A stretch of DNA of 32,000 bases from Nitrosospira multiformis ATCC 25196 (GCF_000196355.1 NC_007614.1:1020001-1052000), one strand, 5' to 3'; positions 1-9,329 are shown, counted from the stretch's first letter. Numbers and translations are program-made. Notes: a model not told the origin generated them from the sequence alone.

Positions 1-690
1 TCCATCAACAGCGAGCGCCCTAAGCTTTTTCTGATTTTCGTTGTAGTAAGCAAAGCCAAAATACCCGAGTGCGTTTTTATCGCTTGCTACCCCCTGTACC
101 AGCACGTTGTCGTCTTCGGAAGCGGTGAAATCCCCCCGACTCGACTTGGCCTTTCCAACAATGGCTTCCGTAAAGTAATCAAAGGTGCCGGAATCTGCTC
201 CCGGGCCGTAAAGTTTTATCGGTTCATCCGGCCATGCCGGGTTTATCTGCTTCCAACTGGTTATTTTCCCTTGGGCGTCGGGTTCCCAAATCTTCTTCAA
301 ATCTGCAACGGTAATGACTTTAACCCAATCATTTCTAGGGTTTGCCACGACCGTCAATGCATCGTACGCTACTGGCATTTCAACGTATTGCACCCCGGCA
401 GCTTTACATGCGTCCATTTCTTTTTTCAGGATAGGACGCGAAGCATTAGCGATGTCTATCTCACCGCGGCAAAATTTCTTGAAGCCTCCTCCCGTGCCTG
501 AAATACCAACTGTGACTTTAGCGGCACCCTTCTTGGCTATTTGAAAATCTTCAGCCACCGCTTCGGTAATGGGGAAAACAGTGCTGGAACCGTCAATTTT
601 TATAACCGGCTCAGCATACACAGGACTGACAGCACCAAGCAGTGCGCCCAATACCACTACTACTATCTCAATACGCAGCAATTTCAGCAT
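1..690 (-). CDS. pstS: PstS-family periplasmic phosphate-binding protein. The 3' end runs off the window, so it is absent from the ORF track.
   Basis: Own translation of the minus strand from ATG (690-688): [87 protein letters not shown]...[22 protein letters not shown]. It has a signal peptide and the SGTGGG / DIANASR motifs typical of PstS-like binding proteins. AGGAG lies 6 nt upstream. The frame stays open for all 230 codons down to position 1. Confidence 0.85.
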   Translation of the reverse strand, partial: MLKLLRIEIVVVVLGALLGAVSPVYAEPVIKIDGSSTVFPITEAVAEDFQIAKKGAAKVTVGISGTGGGFKKFCRGEIDIANASRPILKKEMDACKAAGVQYVEMPVAYDALTVVANPRNDWVKVITVADLKKIWEPDAQGKITSWKQINPAWPDEPIKLYGPGADSGTFDYFTEAIVGKAKSSRGDFTASEDDNVLVQGVASDKNALGYFGFAYYNENQKKLRALAVDG

Positions 691-876
691 CTTGTTCTCC
701 TAAAGAGGTTTTATTATTTCCTTTTGCAGGCTTGTTATGACATGAATGGCTCGATCAAAACGGGAGGCGGAGCAAGCTTAAGAAGCTCCAAGCTTTCCTG
801 AGTTCATTTGGCCATTCTTTGCATTCTTTGTTAAGCCGCTGTCTGTATTTCACCCACTTCCTCAAGCGAACCGGAA

Positions 877-2376
877 TCAGAAGGCTATTTGACTGCGGAA
901 CATGAAAGTATTCAGGTCATCCGGCTTGCCCCCGCTTGCGGTCACGAGCGGTGAATCCTTGATTTCCAATATCCTGTCGTAATTAAACATGAAGCGAAGA
1001 TTGCTGTTCACGTACCAGTTCAGGGCAGCAGTAAAGTTTTTCATCTCGCCTGCCCTGAAAGCGCCGTCGTTCAGATCTACCCCGGCGATACGTGCTGCCA
1101 GTTCCCATGCGCCCCATCCACCCTTGGAAAAGCTGAAGTTCCGGGTTGGTTCCACTCTGTGAAACTTTCCTTCTTTGTACTGGCGCGATTCTCCCGTAAG
1201 CGTCCACGCAGCTTCTCCGTACCATCCATGGAAGCTCAGTGAATCCAGGCCGTTTCTACGACCAATCCAGCTATGGGTATACTCACCTCCCGCGCTCAAC
1301 GGTCCATAGACGCCGCTGGCCTCCAGCCCCAGCATCTTGACGTCCTCGACATTTCCCAAGGCACCCGAATCAATCGGAAAGAGGTTGGTTATATGGGAGG
1401 TTTCGTGCCTGAATCTCACGCCATTTGAGGGGCCAAATAGCTGGCCGCTGCCACTCGGTCTGCGATAATTTCCTGCCACACCCAAATGGACAATCCTTGT
1501 CTTTTCGTCAAGGGGTGCAAAAGTGATGCGCGAATTGGTTCCCCAACTTTCATCCAGACTGTCGTTATTAGCGTCGATTGACTCCCCAAAAAGACCGACC
1601 TGTCCGGTCCAGTTCTTACCTCTACTTGACAGGTTTACACCGATAGCGCGGTCTACGAGGGGTGCATTGAGCACATTCATTAACGATCTTTCCATAAACA
1701 TGAGATCGTTGGAGCTTTCCTGCAGCTCGCGGCTGAAAGCCTGTTTCTGATGGCCGACGTTGATCTTTGCGAAATCCAGCCCTCTATATGAGATAAACAT
1801 GTCCTTGACGCCGACTTGGTTATCAGCGAAGTCGACCTGACTCTTGAAATCCCAATCTTTAAAGAAAGTGCCTGCAAACTCCAGTCGCCCCCGGCGCAGC
1901 TCTGCGCCATCATTGGCTTGAACCGGAACCCCGCCTCTAAAAAAATGATCATTACTACTGTGCGTGTAATCCGTATGAATCCGGCCACCGATCTTGAACT
2001 TGAAGTTCTTGTCTGCTGTTTCAAATTGCAAGCCGTTTTTATCCAGCTTCAGTTGCTTTTCGCTTTCCTTGAAACGTTCCTCAAGGGACTCAACCTTGCC
2101 AACGAGCTGCGCACGTTCCGCTTTTTCTTTTATTCTCGCATTTCTGTCGCCGGACGCTGGCTGACCAGCTCTCTCTACCTCCGGTGCAGGCAATGCGTTT
2201 GTTGATGGAGTACCTTGGACTCTTTCATAGGTACCCAGGGGTTCTCGGTCAGGTCCAGGCTCTGCAAATATATGCTTGGTTTTGGTATCAACATAAAGAT
2301 CAATCGCAAAAGCCCCGGATGATGTGCCTGCTCCCATGACAGCGACCGCTGCCAACATAAGTTTCAAATATTTCAA
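877..2376 (-). CDS. Phosphate-selective porin, OprO/OprP family
   Basis: 499-aa ORF with signal peptide MKYLKLMLAAVAVMGAGTSSGAFA. A charged Glu/Lys-rich linker is followed by a beta-barrel-like body ending in a terminal aromatic (...FRSQIAF), matching the porin O/P layout. It sits directly upstream of pstS and downstream of Pho-box repeats. Confidence 0.8.
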   Translation of the reverse strand: MKYLKLMLAAVAVMGAGTSSGAFAIDLYVDTKTKHIFAEPGPDREPLGTYERVQGTPSTNALPAPEVERAGQPASGDRNARIKEKAERAQLVGKVESLEERFKESEKQLKLDKNGLQFETADKNFKFKIGGRIHTDYTHSSNDHFFRGGVPVQANDGAELRRGRLEFAGTFFKDWDFKSQVDFADNQVGVKDMFISYRGLDFAKINVGHQKQAFSRELQESSNDLMFMERSLMNVLNAPLVDRAIGVNLSSRGKNWTGQVGLFGESIDANNDSLDESWGTNSRITFAPLDEKTRIVHLGVAGNYRRPSGSGQLFGPSNGVRFRHETSHITNLFPIDSGALGNVEDVKMLGLEASGVYGPLSAGGEYTHSWIGRRNGLDSLSFHGWYGEAAWTLTGESRQYKEGKFHRVEPTRNFSFSKGGWGAWELAARIAGVDLNDGAFRAGEMKNFTAALNWYVNSNLRFMFNYDRILEIKDSPLVTASGGKPDDLNTFMFRSQIAF

Positions 2377-2446
2377 AGCTGTGCTCCCAGTTTTAGTCCT
2401 TATTGCTCATGTTTACGAAAAACCGGGGCAAGAATACGAGAGAGAA

Positions 2447-2486
2447 ATGACTGACTTATTACCCTTTTGTAACTGTTTTATGACAA
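2447..2486 (-). promoter_or_regulatory. Tandem Pho boxes (PhoB binding sites) upstream of the porin gene
   Basis: The minus strand reads TTGTCATAAAA CAGTTACAAAA GGGTAATAAGT CAGTCAT. That is four 7-bp repeats at 11-bp phasing. By hand count this matches the E. coli consensus CTGTCATA(A/T)A(A/T)CTGTCA(C/T) at 15/18 and 13/18. The site ends 70 nt upstream of the porin ATG, and a TATTCT -10-like hexamer follows. Confidence 0.7.
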
Positions 2487-2753
2487 AAGGTAGGGTTGAG
2501 CCATGATGACCGGTGGGAATGCCTGAATGTTTTCACCATGATCGTGACGTAGGACGAGCGGCAGACTGGCTTTTACTTTTGCTGCGCGGGCAGGGCTACT
2601 TATACTTAGGAGTTTCAAGAAAAAACCTGAGGAGCTTACTTCAGGGCCCTCCACCTTACTGGAGGCAGTCCGCTCCTTCTCAAAGCGAGAATGAGGGTTA
2701 ATGGGTGCTATGCCTAGGGTAGGCCTTATACTGTTTTTCCAGAGCACTACGGT

Positions 2754-2897
2754 TCAGGGAAACCGACAAATTCTTCTTCGTGCACGTAGGGGATAAAGAG
2801 CCTTTTTTCGCGGATCGTAAGGCAAGTTCGAAATGATGCTATTCATGCGCTCGATATAGCCCTCTTTGACCCTGATATACACTGCGTATTCACACAT
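2754..2897 (-). CDS. Hypothetical small protein (47 aa), below the ORF-track cutoff
   Basis: Hand translation gives MCEYAVYIRVKEGYIERMNSIISNLPYDPRKKALYPLRARRRICRFP*. GGAG lies 7 nt upstream of the ATG. I recognise no family, and it lies in a 670-bp gap between the porin and the MFS gene. Confidence 0.25.
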   Translation of the reverse strand: MCEYAVYIRVKEGYIERMNSIISNLPYDPRKKALYPLRARRRICRFP

Positions 2898-3042
2898 GGT
2901 TCACTCCATACTGATGAGATTCGGGTCGCACACCATTCTGCCGGCCTGTTACAGCATTTTTAGGGGCTCCGACAAAAAACTCGTGGAAAATTAGATGTAC
3001 ACGCTGGCGCCCGGATATAACAAAACCGGCATCACCTTGTAG

Positions 3043-4311
3043 ATGGATCGCAGATGGAGGAACAAGTCAGTGAAAGCGGGCCCGGGGCGCAGGATACTTG
3101 CCCGTTTACTTATCCCTGCGGAGGCAGCTGAAACCGCTTTCCCGTTACTGGCAGCCCGCGCATTGCGCGCTTTTGGCGATGGCTATGTTGCTGTGCTTTT
3201 GCCCGCTTATCTACTGGCGTTGGGATTTGACCAACTGGACGTAGGCTTTTTAACTACGGCAACGTTAGCCGGTTCAGCTTTGGCGATTCTTGGGATTGGT
3301 ATGGTTGGCTACAGATGGACAGTTCGTCGACTGCTGCTATCCGCCGCCTTGTTAATGGCAGTTACCGGCCTTGGCCTTGCGAGCATCTCGTCGTTTTGGC
3401 CACTGTTTGTTGTCGCATTCGTAGGAACGCTTAATCCTGGTTCGGGCGATGTAAGCATGTTTTTGCCACTGGAGCATGCCCACCTGGCACAAGCAGCTCG
3501 CGGCAATGCACGGACCGCGCTGTTCGCCCGTTATTCGCTTATTGGCTCCCTGAGCACTGCTATTGGGGCTTTAGCTGCTGCCATCCCCTCCTGGCTTGTG
3601 CCATGGTCCGGTCTTTCATTAATTGATTGCCTGCGCATAATGTTCTTGCTGTATGGCCTGCTCGGCGGGGTAGTCTGGCTGCTGTATCGAACTCTGCCGA
3701 CGGTCGAGGTCGAGGCGGCTCCACTACCGCAGCCGTTGGGCCCCTCACTCAGCATTGTGTTCAAGCTTGCCATGTTATTCAGCATTGACGCGTTTGCCGG
3801 GGGGCTGTTGGGGAATTCCCTGCTGACGCTCTGGCTCTTTGAGCGGTTTGGACTGTCGCTCGGACAGGCCGGAACATTCTTCTTCTGCGCCGGACTCTTA
3901 TCGGCCGGATCCCAGCTTGCTGCACCGGTCATCGCACGTAAGATCGGGCTGCTAAACACCATGGTCTTCACTCACATTCCTGCTAGCATGTGTCTCATTT
4001 TTGCTGCAATTGCCCCAGATCTCGAGGCCGCGCTCGCCCTGCTGTTTGTACGCAGCGCATTATCGCAGATGGATGTGCCGACACGTACTGCTTACGTAAT
4101 GGCTGTGGTCACCCCGGCAGAGCGCGTTGCCGCTGCAAGCTTCACTGCCGTGTCCCGCAGCCTTGCTTCGATCGCGAGTCCGACCTTGACCGGTGCCTTG
4201 CTGGCCAGCGGACTGCTGAGCGCGCCGCTGATTGCTTGTGGAGCTTTGAAGATGGTCTATGATTTGGCCTTGCTAATATCCTTCAGGCACCTGAATGTTC
4301 CGTTGGAGTGA
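3043..4311 (+). CDS. MFS-type transporter
   Basis: 422-aa ORF that is hydrophobic throughout, with about 12 predicted helices. The N-terminal AARALRAFGDGYVAVLLPAYLLALGF segment is typical of major-facilitator proteins. The exact start is uncertain. Confidence 0.7.
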   Translation: MDRRWRNKSVKAGPGRRILARLLIPAEAAETAFPLLAARALRAFGDGYVAVLLPAYLLALGFDQLDVGFLTTATLAGSALAILGIGMVGYRWTVRRLLLSAALLMAVTGLGLASISSFWPLFVVAFVGTLNPGSGDVSMFLPLEHAHLAQAARGNARTALFARYSLIGSLSTAIGALAAAIPSWLVPWSGLSLIDCLRIMFLLYGLLGGVVWLLYRTLPTVEVEAAPLPQPLGPSLSIVFKLAMLFSIDAFAGGLLGNSLLTLWLFERFGLSLGQAGTFFFCAGLLSAGSQLAAPVIARKIGLLNTMVFTHIPASMCLIFAAIAPDLEAALALLFVRSALSQMDVPTRTAYVMAVVTPAERVAAASFTAVSRSLASIASPTLTGALLASGLLSAPLIACGALKMVYDLALLISFRHLNVPLE

Positions 4312-4352
4312 GAATTGAAATAAACGAAAAGTCTGCATTAATTCTTGAAAAT

Positions 4353-4515
4353 ATGAGATACAAACGCACCAACCTTCGATGGGTGGCAGCATTCGAAGCC
4401 GCCAAGGGTATATTGGTATTGACGGCGGCGAGCGCGGGGTTCGAATTTGCCCACATGATGGCCTCCCAGAGATAGAGATAGTCGATGGGCTTGTCAGCCA
4501 TTTTCATCTCAACCG
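4353..4515 (+). pseudogene. Frameshifted and truncated remnant of a DUF2127-like small membrane protein
   Basis: The frame from ATG 4353 gives MRYKRTNLRWVAAFEAAKGILVLTAASAGFEFAHMMASQR*, with a stop at 4473. The similarity then continues in another frame (...HDGLPEIEIVDGLVSHFHLN...). The N-terminal LRxxAxFEAxKGxLVL and later HxHLN motifs resemble DUF2127 proteins as I remember them. The expected C-terminal helices are missing because the PRTase gene begins at 4553. Confidence 0.35.
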
Positions 4516-4552
4516 CGTATTTTCCTGGAAACTGCCAGTACCGGGAGAAGGG

Positions 4553-5179
4553 TCAGGCAACTGCAAGGATGGCGATAACCTCTTCATCCGTTATCTGCGG
4601 AAAATCCATGTAAAACTGCGCTACAGCGTAGAAGTTGATGGGACTGGAAAGACATACTACGCGGTCAGCATTGTTGCGCACTTTTTCCACCGTATCGGGC
4701 GGTGCCACGGGTACCGCGCAGATCAATTCCTCCGGTTTCTTCGCCCGGAGTGCATGCAATGCGGCTATCATGGTTGAACCGGTAGCCAGCCCATCATCGA
4801 CTACGATCACTATCCGTCCGGCGGGATCGATGGACGGCCGTACCGGGGTATATTGAGCGCGGCGCTGCCGTATCGTTTCCAGTTGTGCGGAAACTTCGTC
4901 TTTGATGTAGTTCTCATCCGCGCCCACATCACGGGCGTGACTCGTAAGATAAACCCATCCGGTTTCGTCGACGGACCCAATCGCGAATTCGGGATTGCCT
5001 GGCGCCCGTACTTTACGCACCAGCACCACGTCCAGTTCACCTTCCAGTTCATCGGCAATAATTTTGGCCATGGGCACTGCGCCTCTGGGAATAGCCAGGA
5101 CCAGCGGATTTTTACCGCGATATTCTGAAAGCGCTTCCGCAAGCTTCCTGGCTGCTGCCGCGCGATTTTCAAAATACAT
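4553..5179 (-). CDS. Predicted phosphoribosyltransferase (COG1926-type PRTase, function unknown)
   Basis: MYFENRAAAARKLAEALSEYRGKNPLVLAIPRGAVPMAKIIADEL...IVIVVDDGLATGSTMIAAL contains the PRPP-binding loop VVDDGLATGST. I prefer the MYFENR start at 5179. An alternative ATG at 5233 overlaps the PolX stop. The 355-aa track ORF running to 5620 is an artefactual N-terminal extension. Confidence 0.8.
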   Translation of the reverse strand: MYFENRAAAARKLAEALSEYRGKNPLVLAIPRGAVPMAKIIADELEGELDVVLVRKVRAPGNPEFAIGSVDETGWVYLTSHARDVGADENYIKDEVSAQLETIRQRRAQYTPVRPSIDPAGRIVIVVDDGLATGSTMIAALHALRAKKPEELICAVPVAPPDTVEKVRNNADRVVCLSSPINFYAVAQFYMDFPQITDEEVIAILAVA

Positions 5180-5222
5180 GCTGCCCCCGATCACGTGTTT
5201 ATTTTCAGTATAGGTGAATTTT

Positions 5223-7025
5223 TTACCGGACATTTTTACCTGACCGGATTTGAGGCTTGGTTTGCCGTTTGTACGGGCCGCAGGTGTTGGGGCGCTGCAT
5301 CGTGCGGGCAATGAGTATTCGTAATTCCTCGAGAGAGCGGGTGTTGAGCACATCCTGTTTTTCCAGCCAGCCCCGCCTTGCCTGACCGATACCAAAGCGC
5401 AGGTTCGCGAAATCAAAAGTGCTGTGGGCGTCGGAATTGATGCTGACCAGCACCCCTTCCTCCTTGGCCATCTGGCAGTAGATATCGAACAAATCCAGCC
5501 GCTCGGGCTGGGCATTGAGTTCGAGGAAGCATCCGCGGCGTCCTGCTTCACGGATAATGCGGGGCATATCGATATCATAAGGCGGGCGCTGCGGGATGAG
5601 GCGACCGTTGGGATGCGCAAGAACGGTGAAATGGGGATGTTCCATTGCGCGCAGTATCCGCTCGGTCTGCCTCGCCCGCGGAAGCTCGAACTTGCTGTGG
5701 ACTGCCCCTACGACCAGATCGAGTTGCGCCAGAACGTGATCCGGCAGATCCAGGGTGCCATCCTCCAGAATGTCCACCTCGATTCCCTTGAGCAGGGTAA
5801 TTCCTTCCAGTTCTTCATTCAGCGCGTCGATCTCATCGCACTGGCGCTTCAGCCGGAGAGGATCGAGGCCGCGGGTGACTCTCAGTCCGCGTGAATGATC
5901 CGTGACGGCAATGTATTCCAGGCCATGCGATTTGCCGGCCAGTGCCATTTCGCGCAAGGTGTTATGACCGTCCGTAGCTTTTGTGTGAGTATGCAGATCC
6001 CCCCGCAAGTCGCACAGCTCGACTAGGCGTGGCAATTTCCGGGTTCGTGCCACGTCTATTTCACCCCTGTTCTCGCGCAACTCGGGTGGAATAAAGGATA
6101 GTCCGGCGGCACGATAGACCGATTCCTCGGTCTCGCCCGCGATGCGGTTTTTACCCCGGAACACGCCGTATTCGTTGACTTTCAACCCTTTTTTCTGGGC
6201 GATATACCGTACCGCAACATTATGGGCTTTTGATCCGGTAAAATAGTGCAGGGCAGCGCCGTAGCTTTCGTCCGCAACCACGCGCAGGTCCACCTGCAAG
6301 CCGCATTTCAGGACCACGCTGGCGCGAGTGCTTCCGGCAGCAAGTATTTCTGCAACCTCCTCGTACCCGGTGAAGCGCTCCATGACAGGACTGCCCGATG
6401 CGGCTGTGACAACGATATCGAGATCCCCAACCGTTTCGCGCATGCGCCGGTAGCTGCCGGCGACGATTGCTTCCTTGACTCCGGGAACGTCTGCCAGAAA
6501 CGCGCGCAGCGGCTCGGCGTATTGCGCCGCCACCGCCAGCTTGAAACGCCCTTTCTGATCGGTATGCGCCTCGATCGCCTGGAGGATGTTGAGCTCGGTT
6601 TTCTCGCCAAAACCAGATAGTGCACGAATGCGTCCCTCACGCGCCGCGCCGTAGAGCTGCTCGACAGTCTGGACATCCAGGTCGTGATAAAGATGCCGGA
6701 CCCGCTTCGGCCCGAGGCCGGGCACTTTCAGAAGCTCTGTAACCGCGGGGGGAAGCTCGGTTTGCAGCCGATCCAGCAAGGCGCAATGGCCGGTGGCAAT
6801 AATTTCTTCGATCTTGCCTGCAAGATCGCGCCCTATGCCGGGAAGCTCCGTCAGGTCTTCCTTGTTTTCGAGCAGCACGTACGCTTCGGTGGAAAGGGCG
6901 CCTATTGCCTGGACTGCGTTACGGTAGGCGCGTATCCGAAAAGGGTTTGCGCCTTCGATCTCGAGCAGATTGGCAATCTCTTCGAAGACAGCGGCGATAT
7001 CGGCATTATGGCTGGGCATGCGCAT
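5223..7025 (-). CDS. polX: Family X DNA polymerase with a C-terminal PHP phosphoesterase domain (PolX)
   Basis: 600 aa. The N-terminus IAAVFEEIANLLEIEGANPFRIRAYRNA carries HhH motifs. The pol-beta-like palm has GSYRRMRETVGDLDIVV. The PHP domain has DLHTHTKATDGHNT...INSDAHS. Confidence 0.9.
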   Translation of the reverse strand: MRMPSHNADIAAVFEEIANLLEIEGANPFRIRAYRNAVQAIGALSTEAYVLLENKEDLTELPGIGRDLAGKIEEIIATGHCALLDRLQTELPPAVTELLKVPGLGPKRVRHLYHDLDVQTVEQLYGAAREGRIRALSGFGEKTELNILQAIEAHTDQKGRFKLAVAAQYAEPLRAFLADVPGVKEAIVAGSYRRMRETVGDLDIVVTAASGSPVMERFTGYEEVAEILAAGSTRASVVLKCGLQVDLRVVADESYGAALHYFTGSKAHNVAVRYIAQKKGLKVNEYGVFRGKNRIAGETEESVYRAAGLSFIPPELRENRGEIDVARTRKLPRLVELCDLRGDLHTHTKATDGHNTLREMALAGKSHGLEYIAVTDHSRGLRVTRGLDPLRLKRQCDEIDALNEELEGITLLKGIEVDILEDGTLDLPDHVLAQLDLVVGAVHSKFELPRARQTERILRAMEHPHFTVLAHPNGRLIPQRPPYDIDMPRIIREAGRRGCFLELNAQPERLDLFDIYCQMAKEEGVLVSINSDAHSTFDFANLRFGIGQARRGWLEKQDVLNTRSLEELRILIARTMQRPNTCGPYKRQTKPQIRSGKNVR

Positions 7026-7166
7026 TCCCGTTTGCTTCCGTCCACAAGCACTTTGCTGATTTTGCGGGGAAAGTTGCTGGTCGAGGATTCACAAGGTCAG
7101 TTTAGTATATTCATGGAGACATGCAGGCTCGGCGGGCAGCAAGGATTCAGGCGCATCCGGTTACCC

Positions 7167-7195
7167 TTGACACGGCAAGGCGGTTCTCCTATAGC
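7167..7195 (+). promoter_or_regulatory. Sigma70-like promoter candidate for archease-rtcB
   Basis: TTGACA (7167-7172), a 17-nt spacer, then TATAGC (7190-7195). It lies in the divergent polX/archease intergenic region, about 150 nt upstream of the archease ATG. Confidence 0.4.
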
Positions 7196-7346
7196 TTGTA
7201 GTGTGCACTCCGGTTTTAGCGCCGTTTTAAGGCGATAAAAAGCAAGCGGGAGAGCGCAGACAGGAGGGCCAATGGAAAAGCAAAGGGGAAATTCTGGAGA
7301 GGCCGCCCGGGTTAGACTGAGTGATGGATCAAAGGATAATGTGTGC

Positions 7347-7763
7347 ATGCCAAGCCAGACTTCATCCTACTTCGAGCATGATGCGGACATCGGCATCATC
7401 GGACGTGGCGATACGCTGGAGCAGGCATTCGAGACAGCCGCTCAAGCAGTGTTCGGCATAGTCACGCCCCTGGATAAGGTGCAGCCGCAGACTTCGGTCA
7501 AGATAGAGTTCGAAGAATCAGATCACGAACTGGCGCTGGTGACATGGTTGAATCTGTTGCTGGGAAAGGCGCGTGAACTCGGCATGGTTTTCAGCCGCTT
7601 CCATGTGCAGCGCCGGGAAAACGTGTGGTCCACCGAAGCTCTCGGTGAAAAATGGCGCGAAGTAATGGAGCGTGGAGTAGAAGTCAAAGGTGCGACGCTG
7701 ACCATGCTTTCTGTCAAACAAACCGGAGCAATGTGGGAAGTGCGGTGCATAGTGGATGTGTGA
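7347..7763 (+). CDS. Archease (RtcB activator/chaperone)
   Basis: MPSQTSSYFEHDADIGIIGRGDTLEQAFETAAQAV...VKGATLTMLSV...VRCIVDV. The N-terminal FEHxADIG and C-terminal VKAxT...xxVDV signatures are those of archease. I prefer the internal ATG at 7347 over the track start at 7272. Confidence 0.85.
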   Translation: MPSQTSSYFEHDADIGIIGRGDTLEQAFETAAQAVFGIVTPLDKVQPQTSVKIEFEESDHELALVTWLNLLLGKARELGMVFSRFHVQRRENVWSTEALGEKWREVMERGVEVKGATLTMLSVKQTGAMWEVRCIVDV

Positions 7764-7802
7764 GATCATATAAATTGAACGATAGGAACGGCAGGAGGTG
7801 AC

Positions 7803-9230
7803 ATGAATCTGGAGCGCCTACGTCAACTGCAACCCTGCCTGTGGACATTGCCGCGCGCACCGGGCGAAGAACGCGCGCAGGTCCTCCTGTATGGCAGCGC
7901 GCCCTTGCTCGTCAGCATGGACGACAAGGTACTCGAGCAGATCGCCAACGTTGCTTCCCTGCCGGGGCTGGTTGGAGCGGCAATGACCATGCCGGATGCG
8001 CATTGGGGATATGGTTTTCCCATAGGGGGTGTTGCTGCTTTCGATGCTGAGCAGGGGGGGGTGATTTCCGCAGGCGGGGTCGGCTTCGATATTTCGTGCG
8101 GCATACGCTGTCTGCGCAGCAATCTGAATCTGGAGGATGCGGTAGAGCATTTTCCCCAGCTCGGAAAAGCCTTGTTCCGCGCTATCCCTGCTGGAGTGGG
8201 CGAGGAGGGCGAGATCAAGCTGAACCCGGAGCAGCTCGACCAGGTGATGCACGGCGGTGCACACTGGGCGGTACAGCAAGGCTACGGCACTCCAGCAGAT
8301 CTGGATTATGTTGAAGAACAGGGGCGGGTAGCAGGAGCGATCCCGGAAAACGTATCCGAACTTGCCAAAAAGCGCCAGCGCGGCGAGATGGGCACGCTCG
8401 GCTCAGGCAATCATTACCTGGAAGTACAGGTGGTGGACCGCATCTTCGATCCTGGCGTCGCGCTGGCGCTTGGCCTGCATGAAGGACAAATCCTGATTTC
8501 GATACATTGCGGTTCGCGTGGGCTGGGGCACCAGATCGGTACCGATTATCTGGTGCTATTGGCAAAAGCAGCCAGCCGCTCGGGCATTCATTTACCCGAT
8601 CGTGAACTCGCTTGCGCGCCTGTCAAATCCCCCGAAGGCCAGCAATATATCGGCGCGATGAATGCTGCGATCAATTGCGCGCTTGCCAACCGGCAAATCC
8701 TGACGCATCTTACGCGCTCCGTATTTACGGAAATTTATCCCCAGGCCGAGCTTGAAACCTTGTTTGATGTTTCGCACAATACCTGCAAGGCCGAAACCCA
8801 TCAGATCGACGGTGAATCGAGGTTGCTGTATGTGCACCGCAAGGGCGCTACACGCGCATTCGGCCCGGGCCACCCCATGCTGCCGGAACGCTACCGCCAG
8901 GTAGGACAACCCGTCGTTATCGGTGGAAGCATGGGAACAGGCTCCTACATTCTCGTTGGTGACAGCGAAAATCCCGCCTTCGCTTCTTCAAGCCACGGTG
9001 CAGGCCGGGCCATGAGCCGGCACCAGGCACTCGCGCGATGGAAAGGACGTGCGCTGGTGGACGAGTTGGCGCAACAAGGTATTCTGATCCATACCCGCTC
9101 CATGCGAGGTGTGGCGGAAGAAGCCCCGGGCGCCTATAAGGATGTCGATCTGGTGGCGGAGGCCACGGAAGAAGCCGGGCTCGCCCGGCGCGTCGCGTTT
9201 CTCCGACCCAAAGTCTGCGTTAAGGGTTAA
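7803..9230 (+). CDS. rtcB: RNA 3'-phosphate ligase RtcB (long, archaeal/eukaryal-like form)
   Basis: 475 aa carrying MPDAHWGYGFPIGGVAAF, GGVGFDISCG, GSGNHYLEVQ, HCGSRGLGHQ, SSSHGAGR and a C-terminal VCVKG. These are the RtcB metal-binding and His-GMP motifs. Confidence 0.95.
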   Translation: MNLERLRQLQPCLWTLPRAPGEERAQVLLYGSAPLLVSMDDKVLEQIANVASLPGLVGAAMTMPDAHWGYGFPIGGVAAFDAEQGGVISAGGVGFDISCGIRCLRSNLNLEDAVEHFPQLGKALFRAIPAGVGEEGEIKLNPEQLDQVMHGGAHWAVQQGYGTPADLDYVEEQGRVAGAIPENVSELAKKRQRGEMGTLGSGNHYLEVQVVDRIFDPGVALALGLHEGQILISIHCGSRGLGHQIGTDYLVLLAKAASRSGIHLPDRELACAPVKSPEGQQYIGAMNAAINCALANRQILTHLTRSVFTEIYPQAELETLFDVSHNTCKAETHQIDGESRLLYVHRKGATRAFGPGHPMLPERYRQVGQPVVIGGSMGTGSYILVGDSENPAFASSSHGAGRAMSRHQALARWKGRALVDELAQQGILIHTRSMRGVAEEAPGAYKDVDLVAEATEEAGLARRVAFLRPKVCVKG

Positions 9231-9246
9231 GGGTTGAGGATTAAGG
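9219..9246. repeat. Four tandem heptamers (GTTAAGG GTTAAGG GTTGAGG ATTAAGG) straddling the rtcB stop codon
   Basis: Read directly from the sequence. The TAA stop (9228-9230) lies inside unit 2. Confidence 0.8.
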
Positions 9247-9280
9247 AAGGGTGAACAAATTCCTGCCAGACGCGATGGAC

Positions 9281-9308
9281 TTGACCGGGGATTCCTCGGC
9301 AATATAAA
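9281..9308 (+). promoter_or_regulatory. Sigma70-like promoter candidate for the usp gene
   Basis: TTGACC (9281-9286), a 16-nt spacer, then TATAAA (9303-9308). It lies 22 nt upstream of the ATG at 9330. Confidence 0.4.
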
Positions 9309-9329
9309 AACTTTTTTCAAGGGAGTGAC

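Noticed and set aside
5180-5620. N-terminal 147 aa of the 355-aa track ORF 4553..5620
   Set aside because: This part overlaps the PolX C-terminus in another frame and has Pro/Ser/Arg-rich shadow-frame composition. The PRTase homology starts at MYFENR (5179).
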